Source: a virus
IMG/VR virus record: IMGVR_UViG_3300032116_000032
Coordinates: 1-64,000 of that record
DNA length: 64,000 nt
Strand: one strand, 5' to 3'
This document shows, one piece after another, positions 48,701 to 58,302 of the stretch. The stretch's first letter is position 1, and each line of letters starts with the position of its first letter. Position numbers and translations under genes: made by a program. Under the pieces are notes generated by a model. The model saw only the letters and a program-made list of their open reading frames with translations. It was not told the origin of the DNA and made no database searches.

Positions 48701-51700
48701 AACAAGGGGTTTTTAATTTTAGATACAAACAAAACGATCCATACCCATACAAAAGTGCCGCGTATTTGTTTTTGAATAGTTTACCATTAGGGACACTAAG
48801 AGAAAAATATAAAACTTTCGATGGTCAAGCCACAACTGATTTGAACTACATTTTAGCAACAATGAAAAAATTTGGGGCGGTTCATAAATTACCGTATGCT
48901 TGGATTTTAAAATACGGTTCTATTTGGCATAGATATAAAATCTACGACAAAACAGGAAAAGACTTTTTAGATGACGTATGGAAAAACTTTAACTACTTAG
49001 AAAATTGGGATCCAGGATTTTCTTCATCAACAAAGACATACTCATTGTTGATTGATGGTGATCAAAAAAATCTTGTATTACAAAATACTACAGGAACACC
49101 TCCATTCACAGATATGACAACAGGGTTCTACCCCCAACTAATTGATGACTTTAATGTGTTCTTACAAGGATTAAAATTATTTAGTGGTAAAACACAAGTT
49201 TCTGGTAACTGTGAGGTTAAATCAATTAGTGGTAATTGTAAAACTTTCCAAGTCACGGGAACTTGTTCAAATAACGGTACAGGAATAACAATAAATTCAA
49301 TCACAAACAATTATATTTCTTTACCTCACAAAATTTATATTCCTTCATTGAATATTAATTTACAATTAATAACGCAAGTCACTGGTACTACAGGAGGTAC
49401 TGGATTTTATAATACATCATCAAACTTAAACGCAACATTTAATAATTTACCTTTTGTTTTAGGGACGTTTGCAAATATCACAAATCCAACATCTACTCAA
49501 ATACAAAATGGACAAATTTTAGGAGGATCACCCAATATATCTGGTATAACAATATTAAATGTAATTTCAGCGTCAACAACCACAACCTCAACTTCAGGAG
49601 TGACTAATACTCAAGCTTTACCACCACCACCAACAAAAAGTGGCAACGCAACGGAAGTCACAACATTACTAATTTCAAACGTTACATACACAGTCACTAT
49701 CTATGTTTTTGGACCACAAAAATATGCAGTACTAAGAGATCAAAATCAAGTCGTACTTCAAATAGGACAAAACGCTTCAAATGCTAGCGTCACAAACCAA
49801 CAACTAAGAGAAGAAATTGTCTACAGTTATTTTAACTCTTTAGTTACTAACCCAAACAATCCACAATTCATTCAAAGTGTACAAAGTGTTCAAGGGGCAA
49901 CACCGGCAATTACTTCTTCAGTTGTTACTAGTTTATGTGAAGTATCTTCTGCAAGTTCACAAACATTTAACTATACAGTTTTGAACCCACCAATCCAAAT
50001 TTTGGATGTGTTGAGTAATGTGTTAAATAATGGAACAATCATAAATGGATTAAATTTAAATGGGAATGTAGTTTTAACATCACAAATTTCAGGGACAACT
50101 GGAGGTGTTGGTTTATATAATACAACAACAATACAATCGGCAACAACCTCACCATTTGTAGTTCAAAATCAATATGTACAAGGTATTGCATCATCATCAA
50201 TACAACCATTATTAGACAATAAAAAACTAATAATGTTTAATACCACTAACTCTACCATATTTGGAGCGCCAGGTTTTGACCCAAATAATTCAACAAGAAG
50301 TATGAGGATATCTCCTTACTCTGTCATCGTTAGAAGTACAGATGAAACAGGTTATTACGTTCTACCTTCGTTCGGGTCAAATATAAATCAAGCGAGAGAA
50401 GAATCTTTCAAAAACGGATCAATGAAGATAGAATTATATAACAATCCTTCTATGTTCAATGGAACCGTAAGATTATTTTGGAATGCACCACAATACGGAT
50501 GGTTCAACAATGACCAAGTCAAAAAAAATAATCCCTTAACTTATTTAAAAGAAATTTTAAACGAACAAAAAGAACAGCAAAACTTTTTGATATCAGGAGA
50601 AATTACCGATTACACAAGTTTTGAAGAATTATTTACTACGTTTAATACTCAAACTTTAGATCTATTTGAATCTGAGTTTTTAAATTTTAGTAGATCATTA
50701 TATGATTATGTCGACACATTACCTGAGACTACAAAAGCTGAGGTTTCCGTTGGTACAAGTAATCAAGTTAAAAATCCTGATGGTAGTGTGGTTCAACTCC
50801 AAAACCCTGATGGAAGTGTTGGTTCACTATCCCAAAAAACATTTAAGAATTTTCATTTCTTGATGAGAGAACTAATGAAAATACAGACACCAACAGGAAC
50901 TTCACCTGAAACAAAACTTAGTGAAATAATCACAAGTCAAAACACTCAGTTCCAACAAGTTTTGTCATCTTTTGTGAACTATGATGTAGCGTTTAAGTTT
51001 GGAAACCCGACTCAATTTGATAGAAGATTGTATTTAACTTTCTCAACAAGGTTTTTAGAGAACCCAATTATTTATGGGCCATATGAACAAGGAACACTAC
51101 CACCACAAGTTACTGTTGCTCAATCACAACAACAGAGTCCTGAAACTTGGAAAAAGTTATTATACTATGTTGGTGAATCATCAATACCTAAATTACAATA
51201 TAAAAATAACGGGTCATATATTACTGACTTCTTTATTGATTTAAATGTACAATTTAATGAAAAAAATGTTGAAGACTTTGCACCACTCATTAAAGTTTAT
51301 GCTAGTGAAAAATTAAAAAAGAATAACTTGAATTTAGCGTCATTTTATTCTTTGATGGACAACTACATAATTGCATCTGATAATTACATAGGTAATGTTA
51401 TTAATGTAATGTTACCTCAAGTAAGAAAAGAATTACCAACAGTCTTAATTAATCAAGAGTTGACTGAAAATAGGGCTAATTTGGAGGCAGGTTTTACTGA
51501 ACAAACAAGAACTGAATTATGGGAAACATTCAAAGCATTAAATGATAGTTGGATTGCAGGATTTGATTTTCAAAACAAAACATTATTTGAAGATGTTCTT
51601 TTGGTTGATAGGGCAAGTAGAAATGTAGGTGACAAGATTATCGTAGATATTTTTGAAATTCAAGAATTAATCAAAGACGGAAGTTATAAAAATACATTGT

Positions 51701-53193
51701 TAGACATGGTTACAACAATATTGGTTCAAAATAACTTCCAATATTTTATGTTACCTGCATTTGTCAATTTTTATAATATCCAAGACGTTGAAAAAAACCC
51801 AACACCTAGACCTGACGGAACTTTAGAATTTGGTAATTCTTTATTTGGAACATTCTTAAATGTTGATTACAGAAATAGTTCACCAAAATTCTTATGTTAT
51901 TACGTTAACAAACCAAGTGAACACTTGGATATGAACGATAATATTGATTACAGATACCGAGATGACGCCTTTGATCTTAGACGTGCTAGTGATAACCCAC
52001 TTCAAGAAAATCAGGCTTACAAATTAGATTGGGATAAATCAAACAAAGTGGTTGGTTTTAACGTGGATGTAACAAAACCAAATCAACAAATCTTTAAAAG
52101 TTTTAGTGTTAACCAAAATCCTGGAAAACCAACATCAGAATCTTTAGAAATGTTAAATCAAATGGCAAACTTGGGTGGAAACAGACGATCAACAACTCAA
52201 TCCGTTTCTTTATATAATCTTTATAAGAATAGAAGCTATGAATGTAGTGTTGAAATGATGGGATGTGCATTAATCCAACCATTGATGTACTTTAATATTA
52301 GAAACGTCCCTATGTTCTCGGGGCCATATATGATTACAAAGGTGACTCATGACATCACTGAAGATAATTTCAGTACTTCATTTACAGGAACAAGACAACC
52401 GTTTTATGCACTACCTAAGATTGATAATTTTATTCAAACATTGAATATTAAAATTTTGAATACAATACAATCTAGAATCCAACAGAATGAAAAGAAAGAA
52501 AGAGAAAGTTCGGCAAATGTATTGGCCCAAAAAGAAAATGTTTTATCTAATATCAAAGCGGAAGAACAACTAACTAAAAATCAAGATTGTGTTGCTAATA
52601 TCAACCCAAGATATCTAAACTATACAGGACTTGATACACCGGCACAAACATCTCAAACTACAAAAGAATTGTTTAATGCGATAAGAGATGAATTATTAAG
52701 TAGAGGTTATACAGCGACTGGAGACACAACGCCGTTGGTTGCAGGGTTAGCATTTACAATGGTATATGTTGATTCAGGTAAAGGATCAGGAATAAATGCA
52801 TACGAGAACAACTACAGTACTATAAATCTGACCGAAGTTTATGGACCTAATTTTGTAAATTACATTAAGAAAAGTTATTATTGTATTACAAGAGGAACTA
52901 ACAGTAACTTACCTGTTGCATCATTTAATACATTTAAAGACTTCATAAAATTTGTAGTAGATAAAACATCGACATTATATACATTATTAAATCAAGATAA
53001 AAATAATTTTGATTTCTCAACACTAGAAGGATTATCAGCGGCAACTGCAAAACAATATGTATTAAGTTATCCTGTTGAACAACCTGCAAATGTGTATACT
53101 ACTTTAACAGAACAAGAAAAATTAACACTACAACAAGAATTTGTTGCGGCTTATAATGTTTACGAAACAGTACAAACTTTCAAAATAAGCTGA
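45757..53193 (+). CDS. Giant baseplate hub protein (gp27/VgrG/gpD-like termini)
   Basis: The N-terminus has GIKSIRF...IDIELEDVKGRALF. The C-terminal hub motif is SVEMMG...IQPLMYF...SGPYMITKVTHDI...FSTSFTG. Size is 2478 aa. Confidence 0.65.
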   Translation: MADNGENILVEFDYDNITLIDPNKLIDEQGNVKDRLVKQEDLVFYANLECNVLPRTKLAVGSAMNDQQRTISVGKINFLNPGHKTFLDTAWSDELTGKGTLEGKGVNQPKLTAVKNPNKSDDFYITQNLWSNGTPGAVDNGFLGIKSIRFSIGTDFLPVIDIELEDVKGRALFEGGNSSPYSAFFQLPYPQFTLTMKGYYGKAVKFPIMLQSFSSKFNPSSHNFEISLKFYGYKYTLLSYVNYGSLMAVPHMYNNVVNQATVSKTQGSNTNEQSAQTPTIVSRGYQKMKEIYSDYKSKGLIPDDFPEITLNQLNFRLQKFIDDVLSEFAKENLGVLTEMTNYTNALTLYQQKVYLYGSSWFNNYMNVKSPIVLKNGQNIYDFKPDLDAQKQETALTELDGIIKDNNAKLNENSIFGTNGSYTVGNKTVQSKISVPIEMKTFAKGELITNVDLEKTFRASPNAPKGTLSPLNTPQTGLTATDLAFATFKTNLETKFKETNGQFFIFDGPNTFMSITDTAGKSAQKFRTQIEQQITESLASKFNSQGENSLGFIPSIRNILAIFYCQGEAFLRLLDEVHKKAWDQRENPYRRAAIFGNQTTAPSVDIKDSTQNNEPIYPWPQVIQETVGDDNQEKFQVIYPGAQNVANSYRAYDPEIWPEVEFVEQFIKGYTQRQNDADKRGAEFNEIDLQPSRISLNGIDFPVSNEVFQNKEESKYFFEIYERLLLNSYYSRLNRQSGYNLSIYEAEADDEAVNILKSLGQDNPFLSKTIKEYLLDSNNYLPFLRHISNQGQGESWQSYIRGEFVTNYIKNDVRNPNVLYNEDIIVSTKSQPNVSLSNPKNLTNLNKYLAGTSVSNVFEFGDTYPLTDLDWDKKNLADGKSLNNANEAFDTKDVLNYNPIQLTITNFLDNTNENQRRPFTHFNFVDLNVTPNLLILKNFYKDREYKDQLVTEGNISYSNYSGNVFSEQTTSMLNTPYFINAIQQGVFNFRYKQNDPYPYKSAAYLFLNSLPLGTLREKYKTFDGQATTDLNYILATMKKFGAVHKLPYAWILKYGSIWHRYKIYDKTGKDFLDDVWKNFNYLENWDPGFSSSTKTYSLLIDGDQKNLVLQNTTGTPPFTDMTTGFYPQLIDDFNVFLQGLKLFSGKTQVSGNCEVKSISGNCKTFQVTGTCSNNGTGITINSITNNYISLPHKIYIPSLNINLQLITQVTGTTGGTGFYNTSSNLNATFNNLPFVLGTFANITNPTSTQIQNGQILGGSPNISGITILNVISASTTTTSTSGVTNTQALPPPPTKSGNATEVTTLLISNVTYTVTIYVFGPQKYAVLRDQNQVVLQIGQNASNASVTNQQLREEIVYSYFNSLVTNPNNPQFIQSVQSVQGATPAITSSVVTSLCEVSSASSQTFNYTVLNPPIQILDVLSNVLNNGTIINGLNLNGNVVLTSQISGTTGGVGLYNTTTIQSATTSPFVVQNQYVQGIASSSIQPLLDNKKLIMFNTTNSTIFGAPGFDPNNSTRSMRISPYSVIVRSTDETGYYVLPSFGSNINQAREESFKNGSMKIELYNNPSMFNGTVRLFWNAPQYGWFNNDQVKKNNPLTYLKEILNEQKEQQNFLISGEITDYTSFEELFTTFNTQTLDLFESEFLNFSRSLYDYVDTLPETTKAEVSVGTSNQVKNPDGSVVQLQNPDGSVGSLSQKTFKNFHFLMRELMKIQTPTGTSPETKLSEIITSQNTQFQQVLSSFVNYDVAFKFGNPTQFDRRLYLTFSTRFLENPIIYGPYEQGTLPPQVTVAQSQQQSPETWKKLLYYVGESSIPKLQYKNNGSYITDFFIDLNVQFNEKNVEDFAPLIKVYASEKLKKNNLNLASFYSLMDNYIIASDNYIGNVINVMLPQVRKELPTVLINQELTENRANLEAGFTEQTRTELWETFKALNDSWIAGFDFQNKTLFEDVLLVDRASRNVGDKIIVDIFEIQELIKDGSYKNTLLDMVTTILVQNNFQYFMLPAFVNFYNIQDVEKNPTPRPDGTLEFGNSLFGTFLNVDYRNSSPKFLCYYVNKPSEHLDMNDNIDYRYRDDAFDLRRASDNPLQENQAYKLDWDKSNKVVGFNVDVTKPNQQIFKSFSVNQNPGKPTSESLEMLNQMANLGGNRRSTTQSVSLYNLYKNRSYECSVEMMGCALIQPLMYFNIRNVPMFSGPYMITKVTHDITEDNFSTSFTGTRQPFYALPKIDNFIQTLNIKILNTIQSRIQQNEKKERESSANVLAQKENVLSNIKAEEQLTKNQDCVANINPRYLNYTGLDTPAQTSQTTKELFNAIRDELLSRGYTATGDTTPLVAGLAFTMVYVDSGKGSGINAYENNYSTINLTEVYGPNFVNYIKKSYYCITRGTNSNLPVASFNTFKDFIKFVVDKTSTLYTLLNQDKNNFDFSTLEGLSAATAKQYVLSYPVEQPANVYTTLTEQEKLTLQQEFVAAYNVYETVQTFKIS

Positions 53194-53213
53194 TATTTAT
53201 AAATAAAATACTT

Positions 53214-53438
53214 ATGAGTACTAAAATGTTATTGGATAATTACTTGGGGAAAAATACAAGAGTATCCGAAAAAGATATGGGTGACGGAACAAAACAAGTT
53301 TGTGACTTAGACACAGGAGATTGTTATACTGTCAGAATCAAAGACGGACTCATCGAAAGAGTCGACAACACTATGAGAACATTTAAAAAAATTCAAGTAG
53401 AAACTAATCAAGGTTATAAAACATTATTAAACGGTTAA
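53214..53438 (+). CDS. Hypothetical protein
   Basis: 74-aa ORF preceded by TATTTATA and coupled to the next gene. Confidence 0.6.
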   Translation: MSTKMLLDNYLGKNTRVSEKDMGDGTKQVCDLDTGDCYTVRIKDGLIERVDNTMRTFKKIQVETNQGYKTLLNG

Positions 53439-53439
53439 G

Positions 53440-54147
53440 ATGAATATAGACGATAAAATTTTAAAAGAGATCGCAAGATACAATTCGATCAACAAATATA
53501 TCATGGAACAAGATATTCCGGCACCACCTGCAGATGCGGGAGCAATACCTCCACCTCCGGCAGACGCTGCCGCACCGGTTGATCCTGCTGCAGATCCTGC
53601 GGCGGCAGGTGTAGATCCTGCGGCACCAACACCTCCAGCGGCTCCTGGAGCTGAAGGAGAAGCAGCACCTGTTGATGTTGCGGCGGATCCTGATGTTGAA
53701 GAAGTCCCTGCTGAAGGAGAAGAAGGTGAAGGAGAAACTGAAGAGTTAGACATCACCGATCTTGTTGATTCGCAAAAAACAATTGCTGATAAACAAGAAG
53801 AATATTTCACAAATCTTTTTGACCAAATCAAAACTATGGAAGAAAAATTAGCAGAGATGGATACTATTGTATCTAAGTTAGATTCTTTAGAGGCTAAAGT
53901 TGAAAAATACAGACCAAAAACGGCACAAGAAAAATTGCAACTTAGATCATTAGATTCAGGACCATTTAAACAAAACTTGGCGGATTTCTTTGATGAGAAA
54001 AAAGATGAGATGGAACAAACAGGTAAAAATGAATATGTTCTAACCCAAGATGAAGTTGAAAGTTATAGCCCATCTGACATAGAAAAATCTTTCAACGAAC
54101 CAATGGAGGATGAAGATGATATTTTATTAAACAAATTTAATTCATAA
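53440..54147 (+). CDS. Acidic Pro/Ala-rich coiled-coil protein (scaffold/internal head protein-like)
   Basis: The N-terminus is ILKEIARY...IMEQ. A PAAD-rich low-complexity stretch and a heptad segment follow. Confidence 0.6.
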   Translation: MNIDDKILKEIARYNSINKYIMEQDIPAPPADAGAIPPPPADAAAPVDPAADPAAAGVDPAAPTPPAAPGAEGEAAPVDVAADPDVEEVPAEGEEGEGETEELDITDLVDSQKTIADKQEEYFTNLFDQIKTMEEKLAEMDTIVSKLDSLEAKVEKYRPKTAQEKLQLRSLDSGPFKQNLADFFDEKKDEMEQTGKNEYVLTQDEVESYSPSDIEKSFNEPMEDEDDILLNKFNS

Positions 54148-54149
54148 GT

Positions 54150-54186
54150 TTTAAGGTCGATAAATTCGACCTTAAACTTTTTTTTT
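54150..54186 (+). terminator. Rho-independent terminator closing the structural block
   Basis: TTTAAGGTCGA-TAAAT-TCGACCTTAAA, an 11-bp stem followed by T9. Confidence 0.85.
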
Positions 54187-54197
54187 GGCGACACAAT

Positions 54198-54226
54198 TTG
54201 ACTATAACTTTTTATACACTTATAAT
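54198..54226 (+). promoter_or_regulatory. Near-consensus sigma70-type promoter for the replication module
   Basis: TTGACT-N17-TATAAT, 31 nt upstream of the SSB start. Confidence 0.65.
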
Positions 54227-54257
54227 TTTAACATAAACCTTTAATTTTTATTTACAC

Positions 54258-55124
54258 ATGGCGACAAATTCATTAGACGCAGTACTTGCACAGTACGAAA
54301 AATCAACACAGAACACATCATCGAATGGTTCTAAAATGTCTTCAGAAGACCGAATGAAGAAATATTTCGCGGCTCTTTTGAAAGATAATGAAAAACAAGG
54401 ACAGAGACGAGTACGTATTCTTCCTACAACAGACGGTTCTTCACCGTTTAAAGAAGTATGGTTCCACGAAATCCTTGTGGACGGTAAATATCAAAAATTT
54501 TACGATCCAGGAAAAAATGACAACGAACGTTCACCTTTGAATGAAGTTTACGAAGAACTTATGTCAACAGGTAAGGAAGCCGACAAACAATTGGCAACAC
54601 AATACAAAGCTCGTAAGTTTTATATCGTAAAAGTTATTGATCGTGATAACGAACAAGACGGAGTTAAATTTTGGAGATTTAAACACAACTACAAACAAGA
54701 GGGAATTCTTGATAAAATTATTCCAATTTGGAAAGCAAAAGGTGATATCACAGATCCTGATAAAGGACGTGACTTAATCCTTGAATTAACAAAGGCAAAA
54801 ACTCCTAAAGGTGCTTTCTATACGGTAATCCAAACAGTTATGTATGATGACCCATCTGCAATTTCAGAAGATGAAACTCAAATGTCAGAGTGGGTTAGTG
54901 ATGAATTGACTTGGGAAGATGTATATTCTAAAAAACCTGTTGAATACCTTGAGGCAATTTCAAGAGGAGAAACACCACGTTGGGACTCTGAAAAAGGTGG
55001 ATATGTTTATTCTAATGATGAAACTTCAGAAGTTTCTATGGGAGGAAAATCAGCACCAAAATCAATCAATGAAGTTTCTGATCCTCAAGCAAACGACGAG
55101 GTTGATGAAGAATTACCATTCTAA
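54258..55124 (+). CDS. Single-stranded DNA-binding protein (gp32-like)
   Basis: RRVRILP, FKEVWFH, DPDKGRDLIL and an acidic tail ending EELPF. It is adjacent to the recombinase. Confidence 0.8.
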   Translation: MATNSLDAVLAQYEKSTQNTSSNGSKMSSEDRMKKYFAALLKDNEKQGQRRVRILPTTDGSSPFKEVWFHEILVDGKYQKFYDPGKNDNERSPLNEVYEELMSTGKEADKQLATQYKARKFYIVKVIDRDNEQDGVKFWRFKHNYKQEGILDKIIPIWKAKGDITDPDKGRDLILELTKAKTPKGAFYTVIQTVMYDDPSAISEDETQMSEWVSDELTWEDVYSKKPVEYLEAISRGETPRWDSEKGGYVYSNDETSEVSMGGKSAPKSINEVSDPQANDEVDEELPF

Positions 55125-55143
55125 TTTTAATTATTAAAAATGT

Positions 55144-55174
55144 AACGGGAGCAGTTTATTGTTCCCGTTTTTTT
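55144..55174 (+). terminator. Rho-independent terminator after SSB
   Basis: AACGGGAGCAG-TTTA-TTGTTCCCGTT followed by a T-run. Confidence 0.8.
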
Positions 55175-55204
55175 GTCTATATTTTATATAGTAACACAAA
55201 AATT

Positions 55205-56212
55205 ATGGCACTTAAAAAAAACGACTTTAGTTCATTGAAGAAAAAGTTTTCTTCGGACGCGAAATATAAACCACAAAGATTTTTTGATCTTGGTCCTGAA
55301 TTTTTGGATGCAGTAGGATTACCTGGACCTGCTATTGGTCACCTTAACATGTTATTAGGTCACTCCGATACAGGTAAAACAACAGCACTTATTAAAACTG
55401 CTGTTGATGCTCAAAAGAAAGGTATTCTTCCTGTATTCATTATTACAGAACAAAAATGGTCTTTTGATCACTCAAAAATAATGGGGTTTGAATGTGATGA
55501 AGTGGTTGATGAAGAAACAGGTGAATTAACTTGGGACGGATTCTTCTTGTTTAATAATAACTTCAGTTATATTGAACAAATTACTGATTACATTAACGAT
55601 CTATTGGACGCACAAGAAAAAGGTGAATTAGACTATTCACTTTGTATTATGTGGGATTCAGTTGGATCAGTTCCTTGTAAAATGACTTACGAGGGTAAAG
55701 GAGGTAAACAACACAATGCAAGTGTTTTAGCCGACAAAATTGGTATGGGTATAAACCAACGTATTTCAGGATCTCGTAAGGCAGATTCTAAATACGAAAA
55801 TACCTTAATCATTGTTAACCAACCTTGGGTAGAATTACCTGACAATCCATTTGGTCAACCTAAGATCAAGGCAAAAGGTGGTGAAGCAATTTGGTTAAAC
55901 TCTTCTTTGGTATTCTTATTTGGTAATCAAAAAGGTGCGGGTACAACAAAGATCACTGCAACAAAAGATAAGAGAACTGTAAAGTTTGCTTCAAGAACAA
56001 AAGTGTCGGTTATGAAAAACCACATCAATGGTCTTGGTTTTGAAGACGGTCGAATCATTGTAACACCACACGGATTCTTGCCAGGTAAAGATACCACCGA
56101 AGAAAAATCATCAATAGAAAAGTATAAGAAAGAATACGCCGATTATTGGAAAGACATTATCGGAGTTGACGGAGACTTTGATTTAAAAACAGAAAAAGAA
56201 GAAAACGAATAA
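55205..56212 (+). CDS. recA: RecA/UvsX-family recombinase
   Basis: Walker A GHSDTGKT, Walker B IMWDSVG, IIVNQ and KGGEA. Confidence 0.9.
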   Translation: MALKKNDFSSLKKKFSSDAKYKPQRFFDLGPEFLDAVGLPGPAIGHLNMLLGHSDTGKTTALIKTAVDAQKKGILPVFIITEQKWSFDHSKIMGFECDEVVDEETGELTWDGFFLFNNNFSYIEQITDYINDLLDAQEKGELDYSLCIMWDSVGSVPCKMTYEGKGGKQHNASVLADKIGMGINQRISGSRKADSKYENTLIIVNQPWVELPDNPFGQPKIKAKGGEAIWLNSSLVFLFGNQKGAGTTKITATKDKRTVKFASRTKVSVMKNHINGLGFEDGRIIVTPHGFLPGKDTTEEKSSIEKYKKEYADYWKDIIGVDGDFDLKTEKEENE

Positions 56213-56213
56213 T

Positions 56214-56777
56214 ATGAACAATTGGAATATAATTAGAACAATACCTGAATGGGATTATTCAAGTGTTGATGCAAGATGTCTTACTCATGACGGAGATATA
56301 ATAGATTTGGGATGTTTAGATTGGGACTGGTCAAATTTTTTTATTGGAAAAAAAAGAGTAATTGGTGCTGATCCCTACGAAAATGAAAAAGATGGAACAG
56401 AACTATTCAAAGGAATCGTATGGAATTTTGAAGGAAAAATGAAAATACAAAATAATGGTGTTGGGACAACTATTTTTACAGAAGGTGAAGATGAATTTGA
56501 TGTTATCACATGGAAAACGTTTTGCGATAGATTCAAAATCAGTAAAATATCTGTTTTAAAACTTAATATTGAAGGTGCAGAGTACGACCTTTTAAGAAGT
56601 TTTACGGATGAAGATTTTGATAATATAGATCAAATAGTTGTTAGTTTTCATCATAGAATTAACCCTGAATGGCAAAAAGATACCAATGAGTGTATAGAAC
56701 TTTTAAACAAAAAAAACTTTAGCATTCAAAAGATTAACCATAATTGGGATTGGTTTTTAGCAGTAAAAAATATTTAG
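56214..56777 (+). CDS. FkbM-like SAM-dependent methyltransferase
   Basis: IIDLGC, IGADP and VLKLNIEGAEYDLL...QIVVSFH. Confidence 0.7.
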   Translation: MNNWNIIRTIPEWDYSSVDARCLTHDGDIIDLGCLDWDWSNFFIGKKRVIGADPYENEKDGTELFKGIVWNFEGKMKIQNNGVGTTIFTEGEDEFDVITWKTFCDRFKISKISVLKLNIEGAEYDLLRSFTDEDFDNIDQIVVSFHHRINPEWQKDTNECIELLNKKNFSIQKINHNWDWFLAVKNI

Positions 56778-56798
56778 AAATCACTTAAAAAACAAAAA

Positions 56799-57809
56799 GT
56801 GACCAAAACATTATTAGTAGACGGAAATAATTTATTAAAAATTGGTTTCCATGGTGTTAGAGAATTCTACCACAATGGAAAACATGTTGGAGGTGTTTGG
56901 CACTTCTTAAATACTCTTCGTAAATTTTTGGAAGAACACAACTATGGTAAAGTTGTCGTATTTTGGGATTCTAAAACTTCATCTTCACAAAGAAGATTGA
57001 TATACCCAAAATATAAATTAAATCGAAGACCTTCCGAATCAGAGCAAAAAGAAGAATCTTTTTTAGAACAAAAACAAAGAGTTAGACAATACCTCGAGGA
57101 GATGTTTGTAAGACAACTGGAGACAGAACACGCAGAAGCTGATGACTTAATTGCATATTACTGTCAAGTGTCATTAGATGAGACAAAAACTATATTCTCG
57201 AGTGATAGAGATTTAACTCAATTAATTTCTGAAAAAGTTTCAATTTACTCACCATCAACAAAACAATATTATAAGTTCGGAGATAAAATAAAATTACATG
57301 ATATTGAAATTCCACACTTTAATGTTAAGACAGTAAAGATTCTCACTGGAGACAGTTCAGATAACATTGATGGTATCTTTTATCTTGGTGAGAAAACTTT
57401 GATCAAATTGTTTCCTGAGTTACTTGAAGAATTAGTACAAATACCATATATTTTGGATAAGAGTTCTAATTTACTTAAAGAAGAAAAGGGGAACGTAGCT
57501 CTTCAGAACCTGTTAAGTGGTAAAACAAAAGAAGGTATTTTTGGGGATGAATTTTATGTCATCAATCAAAAACTTGTAGACTTAGATGAACCCCTTTTAA
57601 GTGATGAAGAAAAAGAATTAGTTAGATTATATTACTCAGAGTCGATGGATCCCGACGGAAGAGGACATAGAAATCTAATTAGAATGATGATGGAAGATGG
57701 TTTTTTTAAATACTTACCTAAGGGTGACGACGCTTGGGTAAGTTTTTTGAAACCATTTTTGAAGTTAACAAGAAAAGAAAAAACAAATTTTAGAAACAAA
57801 AAAAATTAA
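56799..57809 (+). CDS. 5'-3' exonuclease / flap nuclease (T4 RNase H or PolA N-terminal-like)
   Basis: LLVDGNNL, VVFWD, EADDLIA, SSDRDL and GDSSDNIDG. Confidence 0.92.
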   Translation: MTKTLLVDGNNLLKIGFHGVREFYHNGKHVGGVWHFLNTLRKFLEEHNYGKVVVFWDSKTSSSQRRLIYPKYKLNRRPSESEQKEESFLEQKQRVRQYLEEMFVRQLETEHAEADDLIAYYCQVSLDETKTIFSSDRDLTQLISEKVSIYSPSTKQYYKFGDKIKLHDIEIPHFNVKTVKILTGDSSDNIDGIFYLGEKTLIKLFPELLEELVQIPYILDKSSNLLKEEKGNVALQNLLSGKTKEGIFGDEFYVINQKLVDLDEPLLSDEEKELVRLYYSESMDPDGRGHRNLIRMMMEDGFFKYLPKGDDAWVSFLKPFLKLTRKEKTNFRNKKN

Positions 57810-57818
57810 AAAAAACAA

Positions 57819-58268
57819 ATGAAAGAACAGGATATTACCAAAGTTGAATTTTTGTTAATGTGTAACGATAACATTGTGGTTCAGAGATTCTTTAATGTTA
57901 GAAACTTTAATAAAAATGCTCATAAATCTGAGGATTTTTATTATCACATTGAGAGTATTTGCAATGAGCTAAAATACGATCTTAAGATGAGATCAGTAAC
58001 CTACATGTTGGATAACCAATATGAAATTTCAGAAAATCCAGATGTACTAAACACATCAATTACCGATGGTCCGGAAAATTTTAATCTAATTATTAAGCTT
58101 GGAGATATGACAATTTGTCAGCGTGAGTTTGACGCGAAAGTATACCCCCCAAAGGTAAGATATACCGTAGACCTACGCCCAAAGTTAAAAAGCATCCTTT
58201 CCTCACTTACTGACATTTTTTCAGGTAAAAATTTTAATTATTTTTATCCTGAATTTATCAAAAACTAA
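57819..58268 (+). CDS. Hypothetical protein
   Basis: 149-aa ORF in the replication operon. I recognised no motif. Confidence 0.65.
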   Translation: MKEQDITKVEFLLMCNDNIVVQRFFNVRNFNKNAHKSEDFYYHIESICNELKYDLKMRSVTYMLDNQYEISENPDVLNTSITDGPENFNLIIKLGDMTICQREFDAKVYPPKVRYTVDLRPKLKSILSSLTDIFSGKNFNYFYPEFIKN

Positions 58269-58302
58269 TACTATTTATTTTTACTAAAGGAGAGAAAACT
58301 AT

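Noticed and set aside
53427-53831. Ala/Gly/Ser-rich minus-strand ORF
   Set aside because: It is the antisense read of the PAAD low-complexity region.
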